Shown: positions 22,150-32,533 of the stretch, in pieces
Numbering within the stretch: position 1 is the first letter of the stretch
Layout: each line of letters starts with the position of its first letter
Source: a candidate division WWE3 bacterium RIFCSPHIGHO2_02_FULL_38_14
GTDB taxonomy: Bacteria; Patescibacteriota; WWE3; UBA101185; UBA10185
DNA: 64,000 bases
Direction of reading: 5' to 3'
NCBI GenBank assembly: GCA_001772865.1
Contig: MEVD01000003.1
Coordinates: 62,812-126,811 of the forward strand
Notes under the pieces: model-generated
The model's database searches: none
The model's input: only the letters and a program-made list of their open reading frames with translations
Told to the model about the DNA's origin: nothing
Program-made: the position numbers and the translations under genes

Positions 22150-22416
22150 ATGCTCGATAAACTTAAAGATTTAAACAAATTAAGAAAAGCTCAGTCAGAA
22201 ATCAAAAAACAACTTGAACAGATATATATATCCTCAGAAAAAAATGATATGTCTGTTTTAATCAGAGGAGACAAAAAAATCGAGAGACTGGTTGTGGACG
22301 GGGAAGAAAACAAGGAATTAAAAGATTTTTTAAATGTAGCTTTAAAAGAAGTTGACAAAAAAGTAGAAAAACAGATGAGAGGCCAGCTAGGTGATTTGGG
22401 AATTCCGGGTCTTTAA
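22150..22416 (+). CDS. YbaB/EbfC family nucleoid-associated DNA-binding protein
   Basis: 88 aa, helical. C-terminal GDLGIPGL tail is typical of the YbaB family. Confidence 0.65.
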   Translation: MLDKLKDLNKLRKAQSEIKKQLEQIYISSEKNDMSVLIRGDKKIERLVVDGEENKELKDFLNVALKEVDKKVEKQMRGQLGDLGIPGL

Positions 22417-22433
22417 TTTTTAAAATTATATTT

Positions 22434-23057
22434 ATGAAGTTTTTAATAGTAGGTCCGCAGGGCTCGGGCAAAGGAACAATCGGAGAAATGCTTAGCAAGC
22501 GCCTGGGTATTCCGCTGATTTCGGTCGGAGATATACTTAGAGATCTGCCGAAAGACCACCCAAAATATCAAGAAGTTCAAGATACAATAAACGGAGGGAA
22601 TTTAGCTCCGGTGGAAATTGTAGGGGAATTACTTAAGGAAAGGGTTTCTAAATCTGATTGTACTAACGGCTTTATTTTTGATGGCTGGGCGCGAAGACTT
22701 AAAGATATAGAATATTTTGATCCTGGTTTTGATAAAGTTATTTTATTAAATATTTCCCCCGGTACGTCGGTTAAAAGACTCTCTTCTAGGCGTACTTGTG
22801 AAAATTGTGGCAGTATTTTCAACATTGAAACGGTAAAGCCAAAAGTTGAAAACGTATGTGATGTATGCGGTGGAATGTTATTGCAAAGAGATGATGATAA
22901 GCCTGAAGCAATAATAAAAAGACTTGATATTTTTAATGAGGAGACAATGCCGGTAATTGATTACTTTCGAAAGAAAGGAGTGCTTTTAGAAATTAATGCC
23001 GAAACCTTACCCGAAGAAATTTTTGAAAATGTACTAAGAGCACTGAATAAAAATTGA
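22434..23057 (+). CDS. adk: adenylate kinase (zinc-binding lid type)
   Basis: P-loop GPQGSGKGT. LID with CxxC...CxxC (CENCGS...CDVCGG). Confidence 0.93.
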   Translation: MKFLIVGPQGSGKGTIGEMLSKRLGIPLISVGDILRDLPKDHPKYQEVQDTINGGNLAPVEIVGELLKERVSKSDCTNGFIFDGWARRLKDIEYFDPGFDKVILLNISPGTSVKRLSSRRTCENCGSIFNIETVKPKVENVCDVCGGMLLQRDDDKPEAIIKRLDIFNEETMPVIDYFRKKGVLLEINAETLPEEIFENVLRALNKN

Positions 23058-23803
23058 TTTCAATAAAAACCCCTGAACAGCTTGATAAAATGAAAGAGGG
23101 TGGAATGATATCCGCAAATGCAGTAAAAGAAGTTTTAAACTATTTGAAACCGGGAGTAAAGACAATAGAATTAGAAAGGATTGCGGAGAAATATATTTTA
23201 AGCAAAGGAGGCAAACCGTCTTTTAAAACCGTGCCGGGCTATAATTATACTACCTGTATTAATATAAATGAAGGTATAGTACACGGTCTGCCGAATAATT
23301 ACGAAATTAAACGAGGCGATATAGTAAGTATAGATTTAGGAGTTTATTTTAAGGGATTTCATACCGATATTTCCTATACGTCAGAAGTTGAAACTCAAAA
23401 GGAAAAGGAATTTCTTAACACCGGCAAAAAGGCTTTAGACGGAGCGATTTCAAAATGCGTCGAAGGAAACACCTTGGGCGATATAGGATATGTAATACAA
23501 AATGTTGTAAAGAGTCATAATTGTTCGGTTTCAAGAGAATTAGTAGGACACGGGATAGGAAAAGAACTTCACGAGTCTCCATATGTCCCGGGATATGGAA
23601 AAAGAGGTCACGGGTCTAAATTGAAAGAGGGAATGGTTTTTGCGATAGAAGTTATATATCAAAAGGGCAAACCCGACTTAGCGCTGGATAAAGACGGCTG
23701 GACTTTAATAACAAAAGATCACAGCCTCTCAGCTCTATTTGAACATACCGTGATTATAGGGAAAAACAACCCTCTGGTGATAACCGATTCACATTTTACC
23801 TAA
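23054..23803 (+). CDS. map: type I methionine aminopeptidase
   Basis: 249 aa. Metal-ligand context (D..D..H..E..E pita-bread fold motifs: DIVSIDLG, HGIGKELHE, FAIE). Confidence 0.93.
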   Translation: MISIKTPEQLDKMKEGGMISANAVKEVLNYLKPGVKTIELERIAEKYILSKGGKPSFKTVPGYNYTTCININEGIVHGLPNNYEIKRGDIVSIDLGVYFKGFHTDISYTSEVETQKEKEFLNTGKKALDGAISKCVEGNTLGDIGYVIQNVVKSHNCSVSRELVGHGIGKELHESPYVPGYGKRGHGSKLKEGMVFAIEVIYQKGKPDLALDKDGWTLITKDHSLSALFEHTVIIGKNNPLVITDSHFT

Positions 23804-23823
23804 ATTTAAATATAATTTTAAAG

Positions 23824-24771
23824 ATGTATAATACTCTGCCTATTGAGAAATACATGTTCATTCATAATTTTCTGCCTCACCCCGTTCATCGTACGAGGGC
23901 TCGGCTTCTTTCACACAGAGCTCTAATGATGTATAACTTTCTGCTAATTCTGTTTTTTATTATTACTCAGTACGCTCCAAAATTATATCCGGGAGTTTTA
24001 GGTTATGCCTCGGATATCAAAGTCAGCGAATTATTAAATTTAACTAATAAAAAACGTACTTCAGACGGTCTTCCTGCATTAACATTAAATGAAGCTCTTT
24101 CTAAAGCTGCATATAAAAAAGCGCAGGATATGTTTGCCAAGGATTATTGGGCACATGTTTCACCGGATGGTATAGAACCATGGGATTTTATTTTAGCCGA
24201 AAAATATGATTATTCTTATGCAGGTGAAAACTTGGCCAAAAACTTTAATTCATCCAAAGAAGTGGTGGATGCATGGATAAGCTCCCCATCCCATAAAGAT
24301 AATATGATAAGTAAAAATTATGATGAAATAGGTTTTGCTGTAGTGAACGGAACTTTAGATGGGTATAAAACCACATTGGTAGTGCAATTTTTCGGAAAAC
24401 CTAGAACACCTTCGTATTTGGCAGAAGCCGACAAAGAAACCGTCAATGAGAAAATTCTTGAAAGTGTAAGTGAAGAATCGGAAACAGAAATTACAGCAGA
24501 AATTCCAAAACCGGTTGGATCTGAATCGGGTTTAAATTTGCGTACATTATCGTACGAATCTTTTCCAACCTTAATTGATGTTTCAGCTGTGCAGAAAATA
24601 GTAGGATTAACGTTCGGGGGTTTTATTTCGGGTTTGTTGGCGGTTGATATTTGGTATTCAAAAAAGAAATCCATTCCAAAGTTTACCGGGCACACCCTGG
24701 CGCATCTGTCAATTTTAGCAATAGCTGTTATTGGTATCTGGCTGGCTCTATCACCCGGGAAAATATTATAG
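23824..24771 (+). CDS. CAP/SCP (PR-1/YkwD-like) domain protein with membrane anchors
   Basis: Central CAP-domain motifs (YWAHVSPDG, GENLAKNF, SPSHKDNMIS..EIGFAVV), flanked by hydrophobic TM segments. The true start may be an internal Met. Confidence 0.6.
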   Translation: MYNTLPIEKYMFIHNFLPHPVHRTRARLLSHRALMMYNFLLILFFIITQYAPKLYPGVLGYASDIKVSELLNLTNKKRTSDGLPALTLNEALSKAAYKKAQDMFAKDYWAHVSPDGIEPWDFILAEKYDYSYAGENLAKNFNSSKEVVDAWISSPSHKDNMISKNYDEIGFAVVNGTLDGYKTTLVVQFFGKPRTPSYLAEADKETVNEKILESVSEESETEITAEIPKPVGSESGLNLRTLSYESFPTLIDVSAVQKIVGLTFGGFISGLLAVDIWYSKKKSIPKFTGHTLAHLSILAIAVIGIWLALSPGKIL

Positions 24772-24781
24772 GAAATAATAT

Positions 24782-25039
24782 ATGCGTGAAGAAGAAAAAC
24801 ATCTAAAACATTATTTAATATTGGTATTAGGTATAGTGATATTTATGTTATTTATAGCCTATTTTAAATATTATAATAATGTTCAAATACTTTTGTCGGC
24901 TGGTTTGTCGGCGTTTTACTGCTTATGGGGTATAATACACCATGCTGTGGAAGGAAGGCTTTCACGACTGATCTTTCTGGAATACATTCTTATAGGTTTT
25001 CTGGTGTTTTTGCTTTTATTTACTGCTCTAAGCATATAA
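24782..25039 (+). CDS. small 2-TM membrane protein (DUF2304-like, often paired with GT2)
   Basis: 85 aa, two hydrophobic helices. Sits immediately upstream of the GT2-GtrA gene. Confidence 0.4.
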   Translation: MREEEKHLKHYLILVLGIVIFMLFIAYFKYYNNVQILLSAGLSAFYCLWGIIHHAVEGRLSRLIFLEYILIGFLVFLLLFTALSI

Positions 25040-25067
25040 GGCATATGATTCTCAAAAAAGCAATTTT

Positions 25068-26186
25068 ATGAAGATTGTAATTGTAATACCAACATATAAC
25101 GAAGCTTTAAATATAGGAAGATTAATAGACTCATTAAATGAAGTTTTCAAGTTAAAACCTGACGAGGATTTTCATATTTTAATCGTAGATGCAAATTCTC
25201 CGGATGGAACCGCCGGGGTAGTAAAGCAGAAAATGGATACTTTTGGAAATGTTCATATTCTTATTGAGGAAAAGAAAGCCGGATTGGGTGCAGCATATAT
25301 TGCGGCTTTTAAATATGCTCTTCAAAACTTGAGTCCTGATGTAATAATGGAGATGGATGCAGATTTTCAGCATAATCCTGATGATTTGATGAAGATTGTC
25401 AATGAAATTCAGAACGGAAATGATTATGTAATCGGGTCCAGATTTACTGAGGGTGGAAGTATTCCAAAAGATTGGGCACTTTATAGAAAAATTCTAAGCT
25501 ATGGCGGAAATCTGTTCACAAAGCTTGTCTTAGGAATTTATCAGGTAAATGATTTTACCTCAGGATTTAAAGCTTCGAGAGTAAAAAACTTTGTGGACAG
25601 AATAGATTTAGTTTCTGTTTTATCCGGTGGCTTTGCTTATAAAATAGATCTTTTATTCAAAATGTACAAGCTGGGGGCGAAAATAAAAGAAGTTCCCATA
25701 ACTTTCGGACTGCGGGACAGGGGTGATTCCAAAATGGAGAGAAATAATTTTATCGATTCTCTTAGGGTGGTACTTTCAATCAGATATAATGAGAATTCCA
25801 GTTTTTTTAAATTTGCCTTGGTTGGATTTGTTGGATTGTTCGTTGACGGCGGATTGTTTAATATTTTAAGGCTTACACCCCTACGTTCAAGTTTAGCCAC
25901 ACCCGTGTCCGGTTTTATTGCTATGATGACTACTTATTTGTTGAATAATTACTGGTCGTTTTCCGACCGCAAAATAGATAGCATTAATAAAAAGCTGGTC
26001 GGGTTTATAGTTTATGTAATATCGTCTACAATACCAATATTAGTACGATCCAAGTTGGTCATTATTGCTACATCAGCATTCGGAGACACTTTTTTTGTTT
26101 CCAATACAGCGTTTTTTATTGGCATAGTTTTCGGTCTAGTGTGGAATTTCCTGGTTTATAGTAAAATAATCTGGAGAAAAAGGTAA
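25068..26186 (+). CDS. family 2 glycosyltransferase (polyprenyl-phosphate sugar synthase-like) fused to a GtrA-like membrane domain
   Basis: N-terminal GT-A (IVIPTYNE, DAN-SPDGT, EMDADFQH). C-terminal 4-TM GtrA-like region ending YLLNNYWSFSDRK. Confidence 0.8.
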   Translation: MKIVIVIPTYNEALNIGRLIDSLNEVFKLKPDEDFHILIVDANSPDGTAGVVKQKMDTFGNVHILIEEKKAGLGAAYIAAFKYALQNLSPDVIMEMDADFQHNPDDLMKIVNEIQNGNDYVIGSRFTEGGSIPKDWALYRKILSYGGNLFTKLVLGIYQVNDFTSGFKASRVKNFVDRIDLVSVLSGGFAYKIDLLFKMYKLGAKIKEVPITFGLRDRGDSKMERNNFIDSLRVVLSIRYNENSSFFKFALVGFVGLFVDGGLFNILRLTPLRSSLATPVSGFIAMMTTYLLNNYWSFSDRKIDSINKKLVGFIVYVISSTIPILVRSKLVIIATSAFGDTFFVSNTAFFIGIVFGLVWNFLVYSKIIWRKR

Positions 26187-26188
26187 TT

Positions 26189-26947
26189 ATGATTGAATAC
26201 TCTGTTGTAATACCGGCATTTAATGAAGCCGATAAAATAACAACTTCCCTTACTCAAGTGCTTTCTTATATGAGGTCCTTTTCTAACTCGTTTGAAGTAA
26301 TTATTGTAGACGACGGCAGTAAGGATAACACCGCTGACATAGTGGAGAAATATCTGGAAAGTAATTCCTGCCCGGAAATTAAGTTAATTAAAAATCCTCA
26401 TAAAGGTAAAGGACCGGCGGTATGGACAGGAGTTATGAATGCGGAAGGAGAATATATATATACGGCTGATGCAGACTTATCAACTCCTATGACAGAATTA
26501 AAAAAACTGAGTCTTTGGATTAAAGAACATAATTTCGACATAGTGATAGCATCTCGTGAAGGTGCAGGTGCTCAAAGAATTAATGAACCATTTTACAGAC
26601 ATCTGCTGGGAAGAGTGTTTAATTATGTTGTTCAATTATTTGCTCTTCCGGGGATTAGAGACTCCCAATGTGGGTTTAAATTATTCAAAAAAGAAGCAGC
26701 TAAAACTACATTCAAAAAACTTAAATTATATGGAGAAACTGCAAAAACAACAGATAAAGCGTACTTAGGAGCCTGGGATGTTGAGGTTTTATATTTAGCT
26801 AGGAAGCTGGGCTATAAAATCAAAGAAATACCTGTTACCTGGGTTTATGTAAAAACGACCCGTCTAAACCCATTTAAAGATTCACTTAAGATGCTTATGG
26901 ATGTAATGAGAGTTCGAATTAATTATTTAAAAGGGGTTTATAAGTAA
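26189..26947 (+). CDS. family 2 glycosyltransferase
   Basis: 252 aa. SVVIPAFNEADKI, IIVDDGSKDNT, TADADL. Confidence 0.8.
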   Translation: MIEYSVVIPAFNEADKITTSLTQVLSYMRSFSNSFEVIIVDDGSKDNTADIVEKYLESNSCPEIKLIKNPHKGKGPAVWTGVMNAEGEYIYTADADLSTPMTELKKLSLWIKEHNFDIVIASREGAGAQRINEPFYRHLLGRVFNYVVQLFALPGIRDSQCGFKLFKKEAAKTTFKKLKLYGETAKTTDKAYLGAWDVEVLYLARKLGYKIKEIPVTWVYVKTTRLNPFKDSLKMLMDVMRVRINYLKGVYK

Positions 26948-26994
26948 ACCTGATTTTTAGGATTGCCGGACAATATTGAAGGAGTATAAAAAGT

Positions 26995-27260
26995 ATGAAC
27001 TTATGTGTTATTAGGACAGGTTATGTCGGCCTTGTAGGGGCCGCTATTTTTGCCGAAAGAGAAAATAATGTTGCTGGAGTACGGTCTGCATATTGACTGA
27101 ATGGGACGAGTTTAAAGAACTGGATTTGGCTAGAACTAAATCTTTGATGAAAAAGCCCATTTTATTTGACGGAAGGAATTTGCTAAAACAAAAGGAGGTA
27201 GAGGGAGCAGGTTTCGTTTATTTCGCTTTCGGAAAAAAGATACGGAAGAAGCGGATATAA
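26995..27260 (+). pseudogene. ugd: UDP-glucose 6-dehydrogenase (ugd) remnant: N-terminal about 30 aa plus C-terminal about 53 aa, internal deletion and frameshift
   Basis: MNLCVIRTGYVGLVGAAIFAE is the Ugd N-terminal NAD-binding motif. After a TGA at 27094, a different frame reads EWDEFKELDL...KKPILFDGRNLL...GFVYFAFGKK, which is the Ugd C-terminus. The roughly 330-aa middle is missing. Confidence 0.7.
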
Positions 27261-27281
27261 TAAGAACAGCGGTGCTTCAGA

Positions 27282-28499
27282 ATGGAGGAAATAAACGCCA
27301 GTAAAAAAAGAATACTGTATTTTATACCTACATTTCCTGTATTAACGGAAACTTTTATTGCGCGTGAAGTAATAAAGGTTATAGAAATCGGAGAGGTTGA
27401 TGTTCGTATTTTGTCCCTTAGTAAAGATAGAGGATCTATTGAAGAATTTGTAAAAGACAGGGTGACTTATAAACGTATCGGTATACCCGACTGTATTTTT
27501 GCTCTTTCATACCTTTTCCAAAACTCTAAAATGGTTTTTAGAATTTATAAGGAAATATTTTTTTCGTCAGGATTGTGGAATATTTCAAATTTGTATTTGT
27601 TTTTTAAATCTCTTGCGTATGCAAATATCATAAAGCAGTTTAACCCCGATCACATTCACTGCCACTTTTTATCAGATCCTTCTACTATTATTCTCATAGT
27701 ATCGAGAATTTTAAATATTCCTTTCAGTGTATCCGGCCACGCTAAAGACGTTTTTTTAACCGGTACATTAATAAAAGAGAAAGTAAAATATTCTAAATTT
27801 ACAACTATATGTAATTCTTTTGCTTTTGGTAAGGCGTTGGAAAAAGTTGATAAGGAAGACCGCGACAAATTGAAATTACTTTTTCATGGAATAGATATCA
27901 ATCTGTTTTCAGATCCTCCAAAAAAACATAAACCAAATCGTCCCGCGATTTTTTTGGGTGGTACACGTTTGATTGAAAAAAAAGGAATCAAATATTTAAT
28001 TGAGGCTTCGGCTATTTTGAAGTCTAAAGGGATTTCCCATCAAATTGATATAGTCGGTCCCGGCCCACAATTCAATGAATTTAAAAACTTAATTAAGCAA
28101 AAAGAGCTTAGAAATTACGTTTTTATTCACGGGGAGGGAAATGGCACCCCTTTTGAGGAAGTTAAAGAGTTTTACAAAATAGCTGATATTTTTGTTCTGC
28201 CAAGTATTGAAACCGTTGAAGGGGATGTCGACGGTGTTCCGACGGTAGTAATAGAAGCAGCCATAGCTAAGCTTCCAATAATTACTACAAATGCTGGGGG
28301 AATCACAGATTTAATAAATGAAACTACCGGTTTGATTGTGCCTCAAAGAGATGCCGATTCTCTGGCTTTGGCAATAGAGAAACTGATTTTAAACCCGGAA
28401 CTGAGAGTTAAACTAGGAAAAACCGCTTATGAAAAAGCATCCGTAATGTTTGATATAAATATAAATGCAAGAAAGCTGCAGGAGGAATTTTTGGTATGA
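27282..28499 (+). CDS. GT4 family glycosyltransferase (GT-B)
   Basis: 405 aa. C-terminal GT4 signature region (FVLPS..E..VPTVVIEAAIAKLPIITTNAGGITDLI). Confidence 0.8.
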   Translation: MEEINASKKRILYFIPTFPVLTETFIAREVIKVIEIGEVDVRILSLSKDRGSIEEFVKDRVTYKRIGIPDCIFALSYLFQNSKMVFRIYKEIFFSSGLWNISNLYLFFKSLAYANIIKQFNPDHIHCHFLSDPSTIILIVSRILNIPFSVSGHAKDVFLTGTLIKEKVKYSKFTTICNSFAFGKALEKVDKEDRDKLKLLFHGIDINLFSDPPKKHKPNRPAIFLGGTRLIEKKGIKYLIEASAILKSKGISHQIDIVGPGPQFNEFKNLIKQKELRNYVFIHGEGNGTPFEEVKEFYKIADIFVLPSIETVEGDVDGVPTVVIEAAIAKLPIITTNAGGITDLINETTGLIVPQRDADSLALAIEKLILNPELRVKLGKTAYEKASVMFDININARKLQEEFLV

Positions 28500-29695
28500 A
28501 TATAGCAGTTTTTGTAAAAGCTTCTACTTTTCACTCCGGATATGGCGGGTTGGAAACTCAAAATAAAGCACTTTGTGAAAAGCTTGCGGAAAGGGGGCAT
28601 AATGTTACGGTGTTTTCGCCTAAAAAAGAATTAGATTCAGATACGCGAAGTTTAAATAGGGTTAATTATGTGTTTGTGCCGTGTAAATTTAAAATGGGAA
28701 TGTTATTGGGATTCGGTGGCCGTTTGGATAAAAATAACTGGCTTAATAAATCTTATGATGCTTTTAAGTCTTATCATGAAAATAACAAGTATGATTTAGT
28801 TCTTGGGCATAGTTCGGCGGCGTTAGGAATTATATTTAAAAAAAATGATTTAGGAATAAAAGTGGTTTCTGTAGCTCACGGCAGCATAATTGGGGAATTA
28901 AAAACATATTATAAGGAAATGAGTTCTTTTTCGGATTATATTACTGCAATTCCTAATACAGCCTTTGCGGTAAAAAATTTCTTTTCAAGACAACGGGAAT
29001 ATGTTTTGGGGAGTGATAAAGTTATAGCTGTTTCCGGTGCTGTAAAAAACGCCTTAATAGACGAAACATTTTCACCAGAGGAAAAATTTGTTGTAATACA
29101 CAACGGTATTAATCCTCCTCCTCAAATTGAAAAAAATAAATCAGGAGAAACATTAAATTTAATATATGTGGGTAAAATGATCAAATCTAAAGGTGTATTC
29201 AATCTTATAAATGTTTTGTCCGATCCTCTTTTTGTAGATATAAAACTAAATATGGTGGGCAGCGGAAGAAACCTGGAAGAACTTAAAAAACATTCGAATT
29301 CGAAAAACCTTTCCGTGAAAGTAGTATTTCACGGGAATGTTCCGCCAGAGAGAGTTATGCCATTAATGCAGAACAGTGATTTATTTGTGCTGCCTACACT
29401 TAGATTTGAAGGATTTCCTATGACATTAGTTGAGGCGATGTTTGCAGGCCTTCCCATAATTGCAAATGATATGGGAGGAAACTCGGACGCGGTAGTAAAC
29501 GGAGAAACAGGATTTTTAACGGATCCTTTAAACCTAAACGATTTTAAGGAAAAATTGCTAAAATTAGTCAGCAATAGGGATTTGATTAGAGAAATGAGCA
29601 TAAAAGCGCGGAAAAGAGCCGAAAAAGAGTTTACTACAGATATTATGGCTGATAAATACGAATCTGTATTTGAGCAGGTATTAAAGTTGCAGTGA
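28496..29695 (+). CDS. GT4 family glycosyltransferase (GT-B)
   Basis: 399 aa. FVLPTLRFEGFPMTLVEAMFAGLPIIANDMGGNSDAV (E-x7-E motif region). Confidence 0.8.
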   Translation: MNIAVFVKASTFHSGYGGLETQNKALCEKLAERGHNVTVFSPKKELDSDTRSLNRVNYVFVPCKFKMGMLLGFGGRLDKNNWLNKSYDAFKSYHENNKYDLVLGHSSAALGIIFKKNDLGIKVVSVAHGSIIGELKTYYKEMSSFSDYITAIPNTAFAVKNFFSRQREYVLGSDKVIAVSGAVKNALIDETFSPEEKFVVIHNGINPPPQIEKNKSGETLNLIYVGKMIKSKGVFNLINVLSDPLFVDIKLNMVGSGRNLEELKKHSNSKNLSVKVVFHGNVPPERVMPLMQNSDLFVLPTLRFEGFPMTLVEAMFAGLPIIANDMGGNSDAVVNGETGFLTDPLNLNDFKEKLLKLVSNRDLIREMSIKARKRAEKEFTTDIMADKYESVFEQVLKLQ

Positions 29696-29780
29696 AGTTT
29701 ATTTATGGTACTTAGTATGTTTAAAATACAATCAAAATTACTGATCCAGGAGTTTTAATTTATACTTTTATTAAAGAACT

Positions 29781-30986
29781 ATGAGGATATTAAGAATTAT
29801 ATATGAATGGCCTCCTCCCTGGCACGGATTAGCCCCTCACCCATATGAACTCAGTATATCGCAGGCTAATATGGGTCAAAAAATTGATGTTTTCTGCGGT
29901 TGGTGGCCTAAATCCGGTCCTGTAGAGAAGTATCCTAATATAGAGATACACCCGTTTATAAGAGAACCGCTGCCTGCTACTGTGTCATTTACAACTTCAA
30001 TCCTAATGTTTATTTTCTTTTTAATGTGGCCGTTTAAAAACAAAGTGGATATAATCCATTGCCATGGACATTTTGCAATTTGGATTTATCTTTATAGACT
30101 AATGCTGCAGAAATTCTCAAAAGATTCGGATGATCTGAGTATTCCTCTGGTAGTTCATTTTCATAATACTGTAGCCGGCAGGTGGAAAGCAGCAGAAGAA
30201 AAAGAGATTAAATTAAAATGGTATACACGATACATACAATGGCCAATTGAAAAGCTGGCAAACAAATGGGCTGTCAAAGCAGCTAATGCAATGATTTTTG
30301 TAAGTGAGGAAAATAAAAAAGAGGCAATCGAATATTATAAAGCTGATGCCGATAAGTGTTTTATTGTGGAAACCGGTGTCAATATAAACACCTTTAAGCC
30401 GACGACTTTGGAAGAAAGGGAAAAATCAAGGAATGAACTGGGTTTTGATCCCTTTGAAAAAATTATTCTGAATAACGGTTCAATGGTAGAAAGGAAAAAT
30501 ATTCATTTATTGGTGGAATCGCTTTCCTATTTACCTTCTAACTTCAGACTTTTGCTGGTAGGACCGGGAGATGTTGATTATCTTAATAAAATTAACGAAA
30601 TAATTGAAACTAATCATCTGGAAGGCCGGGTTACTAAAATAGGATATACACCATATCCTCAAATTCCTATAGCCTTTCAGGTTGCTGATATATTTGTGCT
30701 TCCTTCCGGCTTTGAAGGTCTTCCAAAAGTTGTAATGCAGAGCTTAGCTTGCGAAGTACCGGTTCTGGCATCAGGATTTAAATTAATGGATCATATTGAC
30801 GGTCTTTATTATCTGGAAAATCTCGAGCCGAAATTTATTGCCGAAAGTATTTTGCAAATAATAGAAAATCCTCGAAAGGTAGACAGATTTAAAATAATTC
30901 ATTCTTACTCATGGGAAGTGAAAGCAAAGCAGATTGATGAAATATATAAATTTGTAATAAAAAATATGGCAAATGCCGGAGTATAA
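29781..30986 (+). CDS. GT4-like glycosyltransferase (GT-B)
   Basis: 401 aa. FVLPSGFEGLPKVVMQSLACEVPVLAS region. Confidence 0.75.
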   Translation: MRILRIIYEWPPPWHGLAPHPYELSISQANMGQKIDVFCGWWPKSGPVEKYPNIEIHPFIREPLPATVSFTTSILMFIFFLMWPFKNKVDIIHCHGHFAIWIYLYRLMLQKFSKDSDDLSIPLVVHFHNTVAGRWKAAEEKEIKLKWYTRYIQWPIEKLANKWAVKAANAMIFVSEENKKEAIEYYKADADKCFIVETGVNINTFKPTTLEEREKSRNELGFDPFEKIILNNGSMVERKNIHLLVESLSYLPSNFRLLLVGPGDVDYLNKINEIIETNHLEGRVTKIGYTPYPQIPIAFQVADIFVLPSGFEGLPKVVMQSLACEVPVLASGFKLMDHIDGLYYLENLEPKFIAESILQIIENPRKVDRFKIIHSYSWEVKAKQIDEIYKFVIKNMANAGV

Positions 30987-30988
30987 GT

Positions 30989-32533
30989 GTGCGTAACCTG
31001 TTTTTTCTTTCTATAGTTTCATTTATAGCCTTACATATTTTCCTGATTAATTTTAATTACGCGGAATGGGGGGATACTTACAGGATTCTGAGAGCTTCTG
31101 AATTTATAAGAAATCTTTCATACCCGGAAGATGAAAAAAGACCGCCATTATTTTCAGCGGTTTTGGCTGTCAGACCTGAAAATGTAGATCAGATATTTTG
31201 GGGCAGAGTGGTAATGTTTTTCATGTCGATATCTGCTTTTATTGTTTTTTTTAAACTGACAGAAATTTATTTGAAGTCGGATTTTGAAAAAGTTTTAGCA
31301 GTTATTTTATTTATCCTAAATCCCGTCTATTTATATTGGTCGATAAGAATTTATGCTGACGTTCCATTTAGTATTTTATGTATGCTGGCATTGCTTTTGT
31401 ATTCTAAATGGAGATTGACATTAAACTTGGCCAAAGTGTTCATCCTGTCACTGGTAGCCAGCATGGCAATTTTGACAAGATTTGAAGGTTTTATACTATT
31501 TGCCGCTTTAGGTGTAGCTTTATTGTTCAATGGACGCTTTCAATTTAAGATTCCGGATTTAAGTAGTTTAAACTTGAAGCAGTTTTTCATGTATTCATTT
31601 ACTACTATGATATTAACAATGCCCTATCTGGTTGTTAAAAATCCTCTTGATTCGAAATATTTAGAAGAAACTGCCGGCAGGTCTTATGACTTAAAAATGG
31701 TCGCTATATTCATGCTGTCGTTTTTATTTGTGCTTGGTTTAAATATGGCAGTTTATTTTTTTGTCAGATCCAAACGCAATTTATTCGGTTTTCTCAAAGA
31801 AAATATTCATATTTTTGCTTTTTTAATATTGGAAATGCTTCTGATTCTGGTTTGGCCGGCGGCTATTCCTAGGCTTTTTGTACCATTAATTCCCGTATTC
31901 ATCATACTTTTTTCAAAAGCAATAAATGATTATTATACTTCAGATGAGAGAGCTCCTAAGTTAATATTTTTTAGTTTAACAATATTATTATTGATTATTC
32001 ATTTGGCTGGCCAATATACTTTTCGACTTCAATTTCTGGTTAATATAAAGTATTTATTGACAGCAACAATATTACTACAATTGGCTGTTTCCGCAGTTTT
32101 ATATTTTAAAAAGAAATATATATTTCTAATGGTACTGGTCATAAGTTTGTCTGTATGGTCTTTAGGGGTTTTATATGTTCATAAAGACATTTACAGATCT
32201 ATAAAAGAGGCCTCTATTTATGCAGCAGAGAATTTTGAAGGAAATGTCGGTTATAACGATGTTAGCAGTATTAGCGATTGGTATTTAAATTATTATGACG
32301 GAGGAAAAAATAATACTGGAACATATCTGTATTACTCTAAAAAAGCCGATTTGAATTACGAAAATCTGACAAAAAAGAAATTAAGCTACCTTTTAATGAC
32401 GAATGAGCATAATACGGATACAACACTGGATATCGAGCAAAGACCTTATTTAAAGCAACTAAAGGAATTCAACTATATAATAAATAACAAAGAATTCTGG
32501 ACTAAGGTATTGGAGATTAAAGAAAATGAGTAA
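30989..32533 (+). CDS. polytopic membrane glycosyltransferase, GT-C (ArnT/PMT family-39-like)
   Basis: 514 aa, GTG start. Many TM helices. N-terminal loop with Asp/Glu after TM1 and a soluble C-terminal domain. Confidence 0.55.
   Translation: MRNLFFLSIVSFIALHIFLINFNYAEWGDTYRILRASEFIRNLSYPEDEKRPPLFSAVLAVRPENVDQIFWGRVVMFFMSISAFIVFFKLTEIYLKSDFEKVLAVILFILNPVYLYWSIRIYADVPFSILCMLALLLYSKWRLTLNLAKVFILSLVASMAILTRFEGFILFAALGVALLFNGRFQFKIPDLSSLNLKQFFMYSFTTMILTMPYLVVKNPLDSKYLEETAGRSYDLKMVAIFMLSFLFVLGLNMAVYFFVRSKRNLFGFLKENIHIFAFLILEMLLILVWPAAIPRLFVPLIPVFIILFSKAINDYYTSDERAPKLIFFSLTILLLIIHLAGQYTFRLQFLVNIKYLLTATILLQLAVSAVLYFKKKYIFLMVLVISLSVWSLGVLYVHKDIYRSIKEASIYAAENFEGNVGYNDVSSISDWYLNYYDGGKNNTGTYLYYSKKADLNYENLTKKKLSYLLMTNEHNTDTTLDIEQRPYLKQLKEFNYIINNKEFWTKVLEIKENE

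Noticed and set aside
8778-26768. Other nested or antisense ORFs (8778-9008, 10091-10441, 13396-13839, 15328-15660, 18308-18619, 24318-24695, 26556-26768, etc.)
   Set aside because: Fully contained within well-supported genes, with no motifs, no independent start context, and biased composition.
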